Below are positions 1-9,403 of a stretch of 64,000 bases of DNA, one piece after another. A program made the position numbers and the translations under genes. The notes below the pieces were generated by a model that worked only from the letters and a program-made list of their open reading frames with translations, was not told the DNA's origin and ran no database searches. Position 1 is the stretch's first letter; each line of letters begins with the position of its first letter. The DNA comes from Clostridiales bacterium (GTDB lineage Bacteria > Bacillota > Clostridia > Christensenellales > UBA1242): NCBI GenBank assembly GCA_015055535.1, contig SVIA01000005.1:3867-67866 (forward strand). The letters are read 5' to 3'.

Positions 1-2022
1 ATTGAAGATAGAATGAATTTGATTGATAGTTTGAATAAAGATGAAAAGATATTTGCAAGTGCTTATTACCTTGCTCTACACGACATTGATAAAAGAAGTT
101 TAAATAGTTCTTTGGAACTAATAGAACAATCACTAAAAAATAACAATTTAGAATCAAAGAGATTAACTAATAAGGAACTTGCTATTTTCTTAAAATACAA
201 TTATGGAAAAGATTTTGATGAACGAGATTTTGATAATTATTTAGAAAAAGATTACATCAAAAATATTTATCCCAATGAGGTTCAATTTAGACCTTTGTCT
301 GTAAAACAAGACAATAAAACTTTAACACATTTTGTTATAACAGATTTTCCATTGAAGGTTGATAATGCTTGGGCACAGGAATTATTTGATATTCCAAATA
401 CAAAAGTTGTTTTAAAAGCTAAACCGGTTGAAAAATATAAAGCTATTAAAAGAATTGATACTGCCATTAATGAATTACTTTCTCAAAGCAATTATGGAAA
501 AGCAAGTTATCAAATAGATAGACAAACACATTTAGAAAGTTTGCAAGTTTTGTTGGAAGGATTACAAAATGACAATGAAGTGTTTTTTGATACAACACTA
601 ATCATTACTGCTTACGATGATTTTAAAGACACAATAAATAAAAAGATTGTGAGAAGGAAATTAAGAGAACTTGGTTTTAAATTTGCCGAAATGTTTGGCA
701 GACAAATTGAAAGTTATTTTTCAAGCAATATCAACACATACAATAAAACAAATATATCTCGTGGATTAAATTCATCTGTTATTGCTTCTTCTTTCCCATT
801 TGTAAGTAATGCGATATTAGATAAAAATGGTTTGCTAATTGGCGAAAATAAATTGCCTACATTTGTGGATTTTTTTAGAAGAGATGACGAAAGAGTTAAT
901 TCTAATACGGTTATAATTGGAAAATCCGGTTCAGGAAAATCTTATGCAACAAAAATGTTGCTTGCTAATTTGGCTAGCGATAATGCAAAGATTTTTATAT
1001 TAGACCCAGAAAATGAGTATGGTAATTTGGCAACAAATCTTAATGGAAGAGTTTTAGACGTTTCTTCTTCAAAAAACGGAAGAATCAATCCTTTTCATAT
1101 CATTATGAGTTTAGATGATGAAAATCAAGATGGAACAAGTAACTCTTTTTATTCCCACCTACAATTCTTAGAAGAATTTTTTAGACTTATCTTGCAAGGA
1201 ATTAATGCAGATAGTTTGGAACTTTTAAATAAAATTATCGTTGAAGTTTACAATAAAAAGAATATTACTGCTAAAACAGATTTAACAACTTTGAAAGCAA
1301 AAGATTATCCAATATTTCAGGATTTAGCTGAAGAAATTGATAACAGAATTGAAAAAGAAAAAGATGAATATAACTTGTCTTGTTATAAAGTTTTAGCAAA
1401 TTATATTAGCAAATTTAGACGAGGCGGAAGAAATTCTGCATTATGGAATGGTTTTACAACATTTAATCCTACTGAAAACTTTGTTTGTTTTAATTTTCAA
1501 AAATTACTTGCAAATAAAAACAATCTTATAGGAAATGCACAAATGTTGTTAGTTTTAAAATGGCTTGACAACGAAATTATTAAAAATAGAGACTACAATC
1601 AAATATATGGGGCTAATAGAAAAATTATTGTCGCAATAGACGAGGCGCACGTTTTTATTGATGAGAAATTTCCTATTGCTCTTGATTTTATGTATCAACT
1701 TGCAAAACGTATAAGAAAATACAATGGTATGCAAATTGTAATTACACAAAACATTAAAGACTTTGTTGGTAGTCCAGAAATTGCAAGAAAATCTTCTGCA
1801 ATAATTAATGTAAGTCAATATTCATTTATATTTTCTCTTTCCCCAAATGATATGACAGACCTTTGCACTCTTTATGAGAAAGCAGGCCAAATTAATGAAA
1901 ATGAAGCAGAAAATATTGTGAATTTACCACGTGGAAGTGCTTTTCTAATAACAGGACCAGCAAATAGAACAAATATTAGAATTGTTGCTACACCACACGT
2001 TAAAAATACTTTTGAAAATTAG
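1..2022 (+). CDS. VirB4/TraE-family conjugative transfer ATPase (5' end cut by window edge)
   Basis: Frame is open back to nt 1. Walker A GKSGSGKS and Walker B-like IIVAIDEAH are present, about 670 aa are visible, and the context is an ICE. Confidence 0.8.
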   Translation: MEDRMNLIDSLNKDEKIFASAYYLALHDIDKRSLNSSLELIEQSLKNNNLESKRLTNKELAIFLKYNYGKDFDERDFDNYLEKDYIKNIYPNEVQFRPLSVKQDNKTLTHFVITDFPLKVDNAWAQELFDIPNTKVVLKAKPVEKYKAIKRIDTAINELLSQSNYGKASYQIDRQTHLESLQVLLEGLQNDNEVFFDTTLIITAYDDFKDTINKKIVRRKLRELGFKFAEMFGRQIESYFSSNINTYNKTNISRGLNSSVIASSFPFVSNAILDKNGLLIGENKLPTFVDFFRRDDERVNSNTVIIGKSGSGKSYATKMLLANLASDNAKIFILDPENEYGNLATNLNGRVLDVSSSKNGRINPFHIIMSLDDENQDGTSNSFYSHLQFLEEFFRLILQGINADSLELLNKIIVEVYNKKNITAKTDLTTLKAKDYPIFQDLAEEIDNRIEKEKDEYNLSCYKVLANYISKFRRGGRNSALWNGFTTFNPTENFVCFNFQKLLANKNNLIGNAQMLLVLKWLDNEIIKNRDYNQIYGANRKIIVAIDEAHVFIDEKFPIALDFMYQLAKRIRKYNGMQIVITQNIKDFVGSPEIARKSSAIINVSQYSFIFSLSPNDMTDLCTLYEKAGQINENEAENIVNLPRGSAFLITGPANRTNIRIVATPHVKNTFEN

Positions 2023-2030
2023 GAGAAAAT

Positions 2031-2996
2031 ATGACAGATTTAAAAACATTTGTATCATTAGATGATTTGGCCAAGTTTGCCGATGACAAATTTGTTCAAA
2101 TGCTAAAAGAAAATAAAGTCAAAGATGTTCTTAAAGCAATTGGATTGTTTTCGGACCAAACAATTACAAACGATATTTTAATTATATCTCAAAATCCAGA
2201 AGCAACAGTTGTAAAAAGATTGTCTGACTGGGGTTACTATAAAAGAAAAGTTAAAGAAAACCAAAAAGGAATAAAAGTTATTTCTCACGTTTTGAAAAAT
2301 TATAACATTGACACAACTGATGAAAATGGAAATGTATTTGCACAAGGTGTAGAAAAAATGGATATTCAAATGGGATTTTTGTTTGATATTTCTCAAACCG
2401 AAGGTAAAGATTATGAATATCTTAATTCAAACAAAGAAAATGTTGCAAAATACTTTGAAGCTGTAAAAGGTGCTTTGGAAAAATCAGTTAGAGGTTATGA
2501 ATTTGAATATAAAGATATTGAAACAAAATCAGATATTGATTTTACAAATAAAAAGATTTTTATCAAAGATGGTTTAAGTATTGATGAAGTTATAAGAACC
2601 TTAATTGATAATGTTGCAACAGTATTAGTTGCCACACGCAAAGAAGAAGGTTTGGCAGATTTCTTTGATTTTGAAAAAAATGGTGTTGTATATGCTGTTA
2701 ATTCAAAGCTTGGTTTAGATTTGCCAGAATATGATTTTTCGCTATCGCTAAATGATGATGGTTTACTTGAATTAAAAAACAATTTACAAAAAGTTCGTTC
2801 GGTTACACATCAAATTCTTCAAAATGTTCAGAATTCAATAGAATATTCTGTTAGAAAGTTGTTAAGAGAAGAAAAATTAGAAAAAGCTGAAGAAACAAAA
2901 GAACAAGAAGAAGTTGTTCAAAAAACCAAAGCAGCTAAAACAACAAAAAATAAAACAAAAACAAAATCAAAACAAAGTGAAAGCGAGGTGGAATAA
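2031..2996 (+). CDS. ArdC-N-like (DUF1738-like) ssDNA-binding/antirestriction-type protein, Lys-rich tail
   Basis: N-terminal segment NDILIISQNPEATVVKRLSDWGYYKRKVKENQKGIKV resembles the ArdC N-domain signature recalled from memory. No HExxH protease motif is present. RBS GGAGAA lies upstream. Confidence 0.4.
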   Translation: MTDLKTFVSLDDLAKFADDKFVQMLKENKVKDVLKAIGLFSDQTITNDILIISQNPEATVVKRLSDWGYYKRKVKENQKGIKVISHVLKNYNIDTTDENGNVFAQGVEKMDIQMGFLFDISQTEGKDYEYLNSNKENVAKYFEAVKGALEKSVRGYEFEYKDIETKSDIDFTNKKIFIKDGLSIDEVIRTLIDNVATVLVATRKEEGLADFFDFEKNGVVYAVNSKLGLDLPEYDFSLSLNDDGLLELKNNLQKVRSVTHQILQNVQNSIEYSVRKLLREEKLEKAEETKEQEEVVQKTKAAKTTKNKTKTKSKQSESEVE

Positions 2997-3259
2997 TGTT
3001 AAATATTGGCGGTGAACTTGCTTTCATTTTGAAAGATATTAATTATTCTTCTAAGCAAGAACTATTACAAAAATTAAGAGATTTAAGAAATGGATTGTCT
3101 AAATATCCAAAAGAAGAAAGACTAAAATTAAGACCAATTCTTGCAGTATCTCTACAACAAGCATTTTATACAAGTGAATATGAACTTTTGAACTATAAAA
3201 ACTTTTGTGATTACAGGAGGAATTATGGACGAGAAGAAAACATTAAGAGTTCTGATTAA
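2996..3259 (+). CDS. Hypothetical small ICE protein
   Basis: 87-aa ORF whose ATG overlaps the previous stop (TAATG), suggesting translational coupling. Confidence 0.4.
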   Translation: MLNIGGELAFILKDINYSSKQELLQKLRDLRNGLSKYPKEERLKLRPILAVSLQQAFYTSEYELLNYKNFCDYRRNYGREENIKSSD

Positions 3260-3653
3260 AGAGCCAGATAAAGCTCCTTATGTAAAAGAAATTGAAGATA
3301 CATTAGAAGCAAAACAAGAAATTGTTGGTGGATTAATTGAATGTGTTGAAATGCCAGATATGAGAAATGTTGACTTGTTTGTAAATGAAGAAGGTAAACT
3401 TGATAATCTAAAAGGTAACTTTTGGTTACCAGAATATGAAGATTGTGTAGTAGGAACCTGCTTTATGGTTGGTTACAATCCTGAAGAATGTGATAATGTA
3501 AGCATTACTGACGAACAAGTTGAACAATGCAAAAAATATATAGAAAACTATGTAATTCCCAAAGGAATGGACTTATATTTAGATTTTAATATTTTGGAAC
3601 CATATATGAAAAATCAGTTTAAAAAAGTTAAAAAACAAAAAATGGAGATGTAA
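3225..3653 (+). CDS. DUF3846-like protein
   Basis: Start moved to the ATG at 3225, which follows AGGAGG. LRVLIKEPDKAPYVKEIEDTLEAKQEIVGGLIE...NEEGKL matches the DUF3846 pattern common in Firmicutes ICEs (recalled from memory). Confidence 0.6.
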   Translation: MDEKKTLRVLIKEPDKAPYVKEIEDTLEAKQEIVGGLIECVEMPDMRNVDLFVNEEGKLDNLKGNFWLPEYEDCVVGTCFMVGYNPEECDNVSITDEQVEQCKKYIENYVIPKGMDLYLDFNILEPYMKNQFKKVKKQKMEM

Positions 3654-3655
3654 TT

Positions 3656-4003
3656 ATGTATGATTTAAAAATATGTAACAAAAAATACGAAGTTGAAGCA
3701 TTTAAAACATCTTATCAAAAAGGCGAAGGTCTTGCGGTTGTATTAGAAAATGAAGGTGAAGAATTTGCTGTAATAACAACAAATCTTCCCGGCAATAAAA
3801 CAGCAAAAGATTGTGCTTTTATAGATAACAATAATTGCAAATGGGCGGAAGATTTTTTGGTAAAACATAATATTGCACACCCAACAAATCGCTGTGTTTT
3901 AAGTGGTTTTTGGATATATCCAGAATATCGTTTTGATTTAACGAAATTAAAAGATTATGAAACCCAAGAAACAAGCAAAAAAAAGAATGATATAGAAATG
4001 TAA
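3656..4003 (+). CDS. DUF4313-like protein
   Basis: AFIDNNNCKWAEDFL...SGFWIYPEYRFD resembles DUF4313 proteins of conjugative elements (recalled from memory). Confidence 0.5.
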   Translation: MYDLKICNKKYEVEAFKTSYQKGEGLAVVLENEGEEFAVITTNLPGNKTAKDCAFIDNNNCKWAEDFLVKHNIAHPTNRCVLSGFWIYPEYRFDLTKLKDYETQETSKKKNDIEM

Positions 4004-4016
4004 TTGTGAGGTATTA

Positions 4017-4910
4017 ATGAAAACTAAAACAATTTCTTGGGGCCAACTATTTATATTATTTGGTGCTGTGTGTTTGTTTTTGTTTGCTTTTACACAAAGA
4101 GTTTCTTTTGAAAGAAAACCTGAAATAAAACCTGTTGAAGGATTTGTTTTTAGCTCATCAACAATTGTTGGTTATACTGGAACTGACGAAGTATTAGATA
4201 TTCCAAATGGATATTCTTATGGACCTACAACAAATTATTCTGGAAGTATAACATTTAATAATCGTAGTGAAGCTTTTAATTTTTTACAGGAGCACTACAC
4301 AACTGGTGCCGCTGGTTATTATGATTTCTATAATCAAATATATCAACAAACATATCCTTGGCAATACACCTATTCAATAGACAAACCAAGTTTTATTGAG
4401 GGTGATGATTTTTTAATTACCGAAATAGCAAGTAGCGCATTTGAAGATAATGAGCATATTAAAAAAGTTATCTTGCCTGACAAATTAGAATCTATTGGAA
4501 ATTTTGCTTTTCAAGATTGTTACAATTTAAAAGAAATTGAATTTGGAGACAGTCTAACCTTTATTGGCGATAGCGCTTTTTGGAATTGTGGTTTTGAAAA
4601 ATTAACTTTACCAGATACGATTGAAACTATATATCCTTATGCTTTTTTCAGGAATAAAAATTTAGTTGAAGTTACTTTACCTAAAAACTTAAAAAATATT
4701 ACTCTTGGAACATTTAATGCTTGTGAAAAATTGGAAAAAGTTATTATTCTTAGTGAATATGATATTGAAGCTTGGCATACCAGCGCTTATCAAACTTTTT
4801 CTAATTGCACAAGCTTAAAATCAATTTATGTAAAACAAAGCAAATTAGAATATTATAAAAATACACACCCTTGGTCTCTTTATGCAACTAAATATAAAAT
4901 TTTAAATTAG
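4017..4910 (+). CDS. Membrane-anchored BspA-type leucine-rich-repeat protein (ICE cargo)
   Basis: N-terminal TM helix, then repeated units such as IASSAFEDNEHIKKVILPDKLESIGNFAFQDCYNLKEIEFGDSLTFIGDSAFWNC typical of LRR_5/BspA repeats. Confidence 0.7.
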   Translation: MKTKTISWGQLFILFGAVCLFLFAFTQRVSFERKPEIKPVEGFVFSSSTIVGYTGTDEVLDIPNGYSYGPTTNYSGSITFNNRSEAFNFLQEHYTTGAAGYYDFYNQIYQQTYPWQYTYSIDKPSFIEGDDFLITEIASSAFEDNEHIKKVILPDKLESIGNFAFQDCYNLKEIEFGDSLTFIGDSAFWNCGFEKLTLPDTIETIYPYAFFRNKNLVEVTLPKNLKNITLGTFNACEKLEKVIILSEYDIEAWHTSAYQTFSNCTSLKSIYVKQSKLEYYKNTHPWSLYATKYKILN

Positions 4911-4918
4911 AGGTATTT

Positions 4919-5884
4919 ATGGAAGCTTACGAATTTGATGAGCTCAAAAGTAATTTAAGAGATTACTTGGAATCCCATAGTATTGATACAAGTAGAATGT
5001 TTAGGTGTATTAATCCATTACACACAGACAGCAATGCTTCAATGAAATACTTTGATGATAATAAGGCTTATTGCTTTGGTTGTGGTGCCACATTTAATCT
5101 TTTAGACGCAATTTCTGTTATGGAAAATGTTGATAAAAAAGAGGCTTTTAAAAGGGCTGTAAATTATTACAAAAGACATACAACAAAACCTACAGGAATA
5201 GTTAAACCAAAAGAAAAAACATTAAAAGAATATAGTTTAAAAGATTATAACAAAGCATTTACCTATTGGCATAATAATCTTTTAACAAATAAAGAGGCTC
5301 AATCTTATTTAAAATCTCGTGGTATTAGTATTGAAACAGCAAAAAAATTTAATTTAGGATTTAATGAATTTCATTTTAAAGATATTTGTTTAAAAGCATT
5401 GGTTATTCCTATAAATCAAAATTGTTTTTCGGCAAGAAATATTGATATTACAAATAAAGAATTTAGATATTATAAACCCAAAGGAGCACGTATTGATATT
5501 TTTAATAAAGAAGCTTTAACAAATAAACAACCTTATTGTGTAATAACCGAAGGTGAATTTGATTGTTTAAGTTTTGAAACAATAGGAATTAATGCAATTG
5601 CTCTTGGAGGTGTAAATAATATTGGAAAATTTACACAATTAGAAAAAGACACAACAAAAACTTATATTCTATCATTGGATAATGATGAAGCTGGAAATTT
5701 AGCAGAAAATCAACTTATAGAATATTTTGATAAAAATAAAATTAATTATGAAATATATAAAAATATGGGTTACAAAGACGCTAATAAAGCATTGGTTGAA
5801 AGTAAGAAATTGTTTGAAATAGGAATAAATAATATAACTCAAAGGATTATAAATAATAATTTAAAAAAACAAGAAGTAATGTGA
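4919..5884 (+). CDS. DNA primase (CHC2 zinc finger + Toprim)
   Basis: Zinc-finger segment CINPLHTDSNASMKYFDDNKAYCFGCGATFNLLDA, plus Toprim motifs ITEGEFDCLSF and SLDNDEAG. Confidence 0.8.
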   Translation: MEAYEFDELKSNLRDYLESHSIDTSRMFRCINPLHTDSNASMKYFDDNKAYCFGCGATFNLLDAISVMENVDKKEAFKRAVNYYKRHTTKPTGIVKPKEKTLKEYSLKDYNKAFTYWHNNLLTNKEAQSYLKSRGISIETAKKFNLGFNEFHFKDICLKALVIPINQNCFSARNIDITNKEFRYYKPKGARIDIFNKEALTNKQPYCVITEGEFDCLSFETIGINAIALGGVNNIGKFTQLEKDTTKTYILSLDNDEAGNLAENQLIEYFDKNKINYEIYKNMGYKDANKALVESKKLFEIGINNITQRIINNNLKKQEVM

Positions 5885-5892
5885 GGAATATT

Positions 5893-6993
5893 ATGCAACA
5901 ACATAATTTATTTGATATGTTGGGTAGCGAATATGATTATTTCAAAACAAAAAACAGTAATGAATGGTATTGGCATTTTAAAGATTATCCAAAATCAAAT
6001 GGACTAAAAGTTTTTAGTTGTTTTGCTTGTGGCGGTGGTTCCACGATGGGATATAAACTTGCAGGTTATGATGTAATTGGCTGTTTAGAAATAGACAAAA
6101 AAATGAACAATGTATATCTAAAAAACCACAATCCACAATACAATTTTTTGATGGATATTAGGGATTTTAATAATTTACCTAACGATAACATACCAAAAGA
6201 ACTATTTGAATTAGATATTTTAGATGGAAGTCCACCTTGCACAACATTTTCTATGGCCGGATTAAGAGAAAAAACTTGGGGAAAAAAGAAAAAGTTTCGT
6301 GAAGGTCAAAAAGAACAAACTCTTGACGATTTATCATTTGTTTTTATTGATACAGTAAACAAGCTTAAACCAAAGTTTGTGGTTATGGAAAATGTTGAAG
6401 GACTTACCAAAGGCAATGCTTGGAAATATGTTCAAGATATATATAAGCATTTTAATAATATAGGTTATAAGGTAAAACATTGGTTACTTAAAGGCGAATC
6501 AATGGGGATACCACAAAAAAGACATAGGGTTTTCTTTATTGCAACAAGACTTGATGTAAATTTGGAAAAACTGGATATGTCTTTTTTATATAAACCTATT
6601 GAATTTGGCAAAATAAAAAGTCCAGAAGGTTCAAAAGTTATTGTTAGTGAAAACTTATTAAGTTTAATAAAACTTGCCAAATATGGCGATAGAAACTTGG
6701 AAAACGCTTGTCTAAAAGCTCGTGGCAAGAGTTCTTTTTTTAATTACTGTTTTGTTTATGATGATGAAGTTGCACCAACATTAACAGCACACTGTAACAA
6801 TATTAGATGGGACACGAAATCTTATTTATCAATTAAAGATATTATTTCAATCTCAACATTTCCACAGGATTATGACTTCTTGTCTAACAATCCAGACAAT
6901 GTTGCTTATATCTGTGGAATGAGTGTTCCCCCATTAATGATTAAAAGAGTTGCTGAAAGATTAACACCTTATTTATTGGAGGAAAAACAATGA
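5893..6993 (+). CDS. DNA (cytosine-5)-methyltransferase, orphan (no adjacent endonuclease)
   Basis: Motif I FSCFACGGGS, motif IV GSPPCTTFS, motif VI VMENVEG and motif VIII QKRHRVFFIA. Start set at the ATG at 5893, after GAGGAA. Confidence 0.85.
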   Translation: MQQHNLFDMLGSEYDYFKTKNSNEWYWHFKDYPKSNGLKVFSCFACGGGSTMGYKLAGYDVIGCLEIDKKMNNVYLKNHNPQYNFLMDIRDFNNLPNDNIPKELFELDILDGSPPCTTFSMAGLREKTWGKKKKFREGQKEQTLDDLSFVFIDTVNKLKPKFVVMENVEGLTKGNAWKYVQDIYKHFNNIGYKVKHWLLKGESMGIPQKRHRVFFIATRLDVNLEKLDMSFLYKPIEFGKIKSPEGSKVIVSENLLSLIKLAKYGDRNLENACLKARGKSSFFNYCFVYDDEVAPTLTAHCNNIRWDTKSYLSIKDIISISTFPQDYDFLSNNPDNVAYICGMSVPPLMIKRVAERLTPYLLEEKQ

Positions 6994-7385
6994 GTAAACT
7001 TGCAGCTTTAAGGAAAGTTAGAAAAGAACTAACTAATATCAAAAAGAATTTTACTTATGACAAATTAGCTGATTACAACAAAATTTATAATGCTTGTGTT
7101 GAATATGACAACAATTATAGTGATTTATATTTATGTGATTATATCAGCGAACAAAATTTTGAAACAGATGACTTTGTATCAGAATTTCTTATTCCACAAA
7201 ACTCTGATAGTCTTGCAAGACTTCGCTGTTTTATCAACTCTACTTATGATGACAATCTATATAAAATAGATGGTTATGGAAATTTAGACAATGTTGAAAG
7301 TGGCGATTTAGAGGATTTGTGTGATGAACTTTTAAAAATGGTAAATGAAAGCCTTGAAGAACTTGAAGGCGACACAGAACTATAA
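6990..7385 (+). CDS. Hypothetical strongly acidic protein
   Basis: 131-aa ORF whose ATGA overlaps the MTase stop. By my count it has about 29 Asp/Glu versus about 13 Lys/Arg. Confidence 0.45.
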   Translation: MSKLAALRKVRKELTNIKKNFTYDKLADYNKIYNACVEYDNNYSDLYLCDYISEQNFETDDFVSEFLIPQNSDSLARLRCFINSTYDDNLYKIDGYGNLDNVESGDLEDLCDELLKMVNESLEELEGDTEL

Positions 7386-7397
7386 AAAGGAGCACGT

Positions 7398-7655
7398 ATG
7401 GAAAACCAAATAAATTTAGACAACATTATTTCATCTGAAATTAAAAGACTAAGTGATAAATATAATAAAGAATATTTGGATTGTGCAGACATTATGCTTA
7501 TTACAGGTCTTGGTAGAGATAATGTAAGAGCTATGATGTCTAAACCAGACTTTCCTAAAATATGTGTTGGAAAACGACGCATAGTAAGTCTTGCTGCCTT
7601 TGTTTCTTGGCAAATGACAAAAGAATTCAGAGGTGAATATGGCAAAAAGAACTAA
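7398..7655 (+). CDS. Excisionase-like helix-turn-helix DNA-binding protein
   Basis: 85 aa, lies immediately upstream of and overlaps the integrase, with an HTH-like LDCADIMLITGLGRDNVRAMM segment. Confidence 0.55.
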   Translation: MENQINLDNIISSEIKRLSDKYNKEYLDCADIMLITGLGRDNVRAMMSKPDFPKICVGKRRIVSLAAFVSWQMTKEFRGEYGKKN

Positions 7656-9030
7656 AAAGGTCGTTGAAAAAACACGAAGAGGAAATGGATTTGGTTCAGT
7701 CTATTTAAGAAAAGATGGTTTATGGACTGGTAAAATTTGGGTAACAGACCCAGAAACTGGTGAGAAAAAACGAAAAACAGTTTATGGAAAAAATGAAACA
7801 GAAGTTGCAGAAAAACTTGTAAGATTGTCAGGTTCTATGGAACCAATGAATGGTATGCTCACAAATAAAAAGTTTGGAACTTTATTTAATGAATGGTTAC
7901 TTGTATTTAAACGAAGTGCTGTATCCCCAAGAACATTTGAGGCGGCTTTAAGAAATTTTAAGCTTTATATTAATCCTTATGTCGGAAATATGTCTTTACC
8001 AGAGGTTACTGCTCCTGTTGTTCAACAAGTAATCAATGAAATGTTTGTAAAAGGAAAATCAGTTAATGCTGTTAAGAAAGTTAAATTCTTATTTAACCAA
8101 TTCTTTGAATATGCTGTGGATTCTGAACTTATTGAAAATAATCCCACGACAAGAGTAAAAATAAGAAATAGAGATATAAAACAAGTCAATCAAGAAAACT
8201 TTTATAAAGCAATACCACAAGAAGAAAGAATGAAGTTTGTAACAGCATTAAATGAAAATGAATTTTTAAAACCTTTGTGTATGACTATGATGTTTGCAGG
8301 TCTTAGAACTGGTGAAGCTTTGGCTTTAAGATGGGAAAATATTGATTTTGAAAATAAGACTATCAAAGTTAGAAATGGTCTTATACAGGTTCCTAATTTT
8401 GATAATAAAGGAAATGTAATATACCGAACCACAGTTATTGGTGATACAAAAACAGCTTGTTCAGTTAGAGAAGTCCCTGTGCCAGATATTCTTTTAGAAG
8501 TATTAAACGATTGGAAAAAATGCCAATGGGTTAGAAAAGAATTGACAGGTGTTGATTTGTTAGCACCAAGTGCAATAGTTTTTAGCAACTATGATGGCAC
8601 TGTAAGGACTTATTCTGGAACAAGAAAGATATTTACTAATTTCGCTAAAAAACACGGCTTCTATGGCAAAATTCATTTTCATACTTTGCGACATACTTAT
8701 TCAACAATGCTGTTTGAGGCAAATGAAAATCCAAAGGTAATACAGGCATTGTTAGGCCATAAATCAGTTAAAACCACTTTAACAGTTTATAATAGTGTTG
8801 ATAAGAGTTATTATAAACAAGCGACAGATAAATTAAATAATTTGTTCAATAGCGAGAAAATGCAAGAATATCACGACCTACAATTAAAGAAGGATATTCC
8901 AGCATTAAAACGAGATATTTCTGAGCTTGAAGATGATTATAGTGACGACCCGGAAATAAGAATGTTAGAGCAAATTCTTGCAGAAAAGAAAGCAAGACGA
9001 AAACAAAAACAAGAAGATTTTGATATGTAA
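7639..9030 (+). CDS. int: Tyrosine site-specific recombinase (integrase)
   Basis: C-terminal catalytic region has GLRTGEALALRW, HTLRHTYSTMLF and LLGHKSVKTTLTVY (R-H-R-Y type). Start set at the ATG at 7639, after GAGGTG. Confidence 0.9.
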   Translation: MAKRTKKVVEKTRRGNGFGSVYLRKDGLWTGKIWVTDPETGEKKRKTVYGKNETEVAEKLVRLSGSMEPMNGMLTNKKFGTLFNEWLLVFKRSAVSPRTFEAALRNFKLYINPYVGNMSLPEVTAPVVQQVINEMFVKGKSVNAVKKVKFLFNQFFEYAVDSELIENNPTTRVKIRNRDIKQVNQENFYKAIPQEERMKFVTALNENEFLKPLCMTMMFAGLRTGEALALRWENIDFENKTIKVRNGLIQVPNFDNKGNVIYRTTVIGDTKTACSVREVPVPDILLEVLNDWKKCQWVRKELTGVDLLAPSAIVFSNYDGTVRTYSGTRKIFTNFAKKHGFYGKIHFHTLRHTYSTMLFEANENPKVIQALLGHKSVKTTLTVYNSVDKSYYKQATDKLNNLFNSEKMQEYHDLQLKKDIPALKRDISELEDDYSDDPEIRMLEQILAEKKARRKQKQEDFDM

Positions 9031-9037
9031 AAAGAAA

Positions 9038-9069
9038 AGTCAGGATTAGATTTGTCCTGACTTTTTTTA
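9038..9069 (+). terminator. Intrinsic terminator after int
   Basis: AGTCAGGA(9038-45)/TCCTGACT(9055-62) stem followed by a T-run. Confidence 0.75.
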
Positions 9070-9091
9070 TTAAAAATTTACTAACCCCAAT

Positions 9092-9232
9092 TGTCCCCAA
9101 ATAGGCAGTTTGATATAGAATTAGGCAGAAAATTTTAGATTTTACTATATTTTAATAAAAAACATAAAAAATCCCCACAACAAATGTGTTTGTTTTCCCC
9201 CAATTATATAGAAATGGGGACAAATGGGGACA
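9092..9232. repeat. Clustered short repeats between int and tRNA-Thr (candidate arm-type recombinase/Xis sites)
   Basis: TGTCCCCA at 9092-99. Its inverse complement occurs in tandem as AAATGGGGACA at 9212-22 and 9222-32. TAGGCAG occurs at 9102-08 and 9122-28. Confidence 0.45.
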
Positions 9233-9278
9233 GAATTTTTTAAAATCTATAAAAATCACTTTTCAAAACATTAAATAA

Positions 9279-9323
9279 AAAAATCTCTAAAAGTGCCTAT
9301 TTATAAGGGTTTTAGAGATTTTT
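9279..9323 (-). terminator. 14-bp perfect inverted repeat 4 nt downstream of tRNA-Thr (likely tRNA terminator, possibly part of att)
   Basis: AAAAATCTCTAAAA(9279-92)/TTTTAGAGATTTTT(9310-23) with a 17-nt loop. A T-run follows on the minus strand. Confidence 0.5.
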
Positions 9324-9327
9324 ACAA

Positions 9328-9403
9328 TGGAGCTGATGACGGGACTTGAACCCGTGACCTCCGCCTTACCAAGGCGGTGCGCTACCGACTGTGCCACATC
9401 AGC
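9328..9403 (-). tRNA. tRNA-Thr (anticodon GGT), CCA encoded
   Basis: Manual cloverleaf: acceptor GCTGATG/CATCAGC, anticodon arm CCGCC-TTGGTAA-GGCGG, T arm ACGGG-TTCAAGT-CCCGT. One A12:C23 mismatch in the D stem. Confidence 0.85.

Larger units (their letters stand above)
1..9327. mobile_element. Integrative conjugative element, right-hand part (left end outside the window), abutting the 3' end of tRNA-Thr
   Basis: Same-strand module runs VirB4-like ATPase, ArdC-like, DUF3846/DUF4313-like, primase, orphan m5C MTase, Xis-like HTH, then tyrosine integrase as the last gene. Repeated 7-11-mers and tRNA-Thr follow. The exact boundary cannot be set without the other att copy. Confidence 0.7.

Noticed and set aside
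7274-7645. 123-aa minus-strand ORF overlapping the acidic-protein and xis-like genes
   Set aside because: It lies antisense to two well-placed plus-strand genes of the ICE operon, with no RBS and Ser/Leu-rich composition typical of antisense frames.
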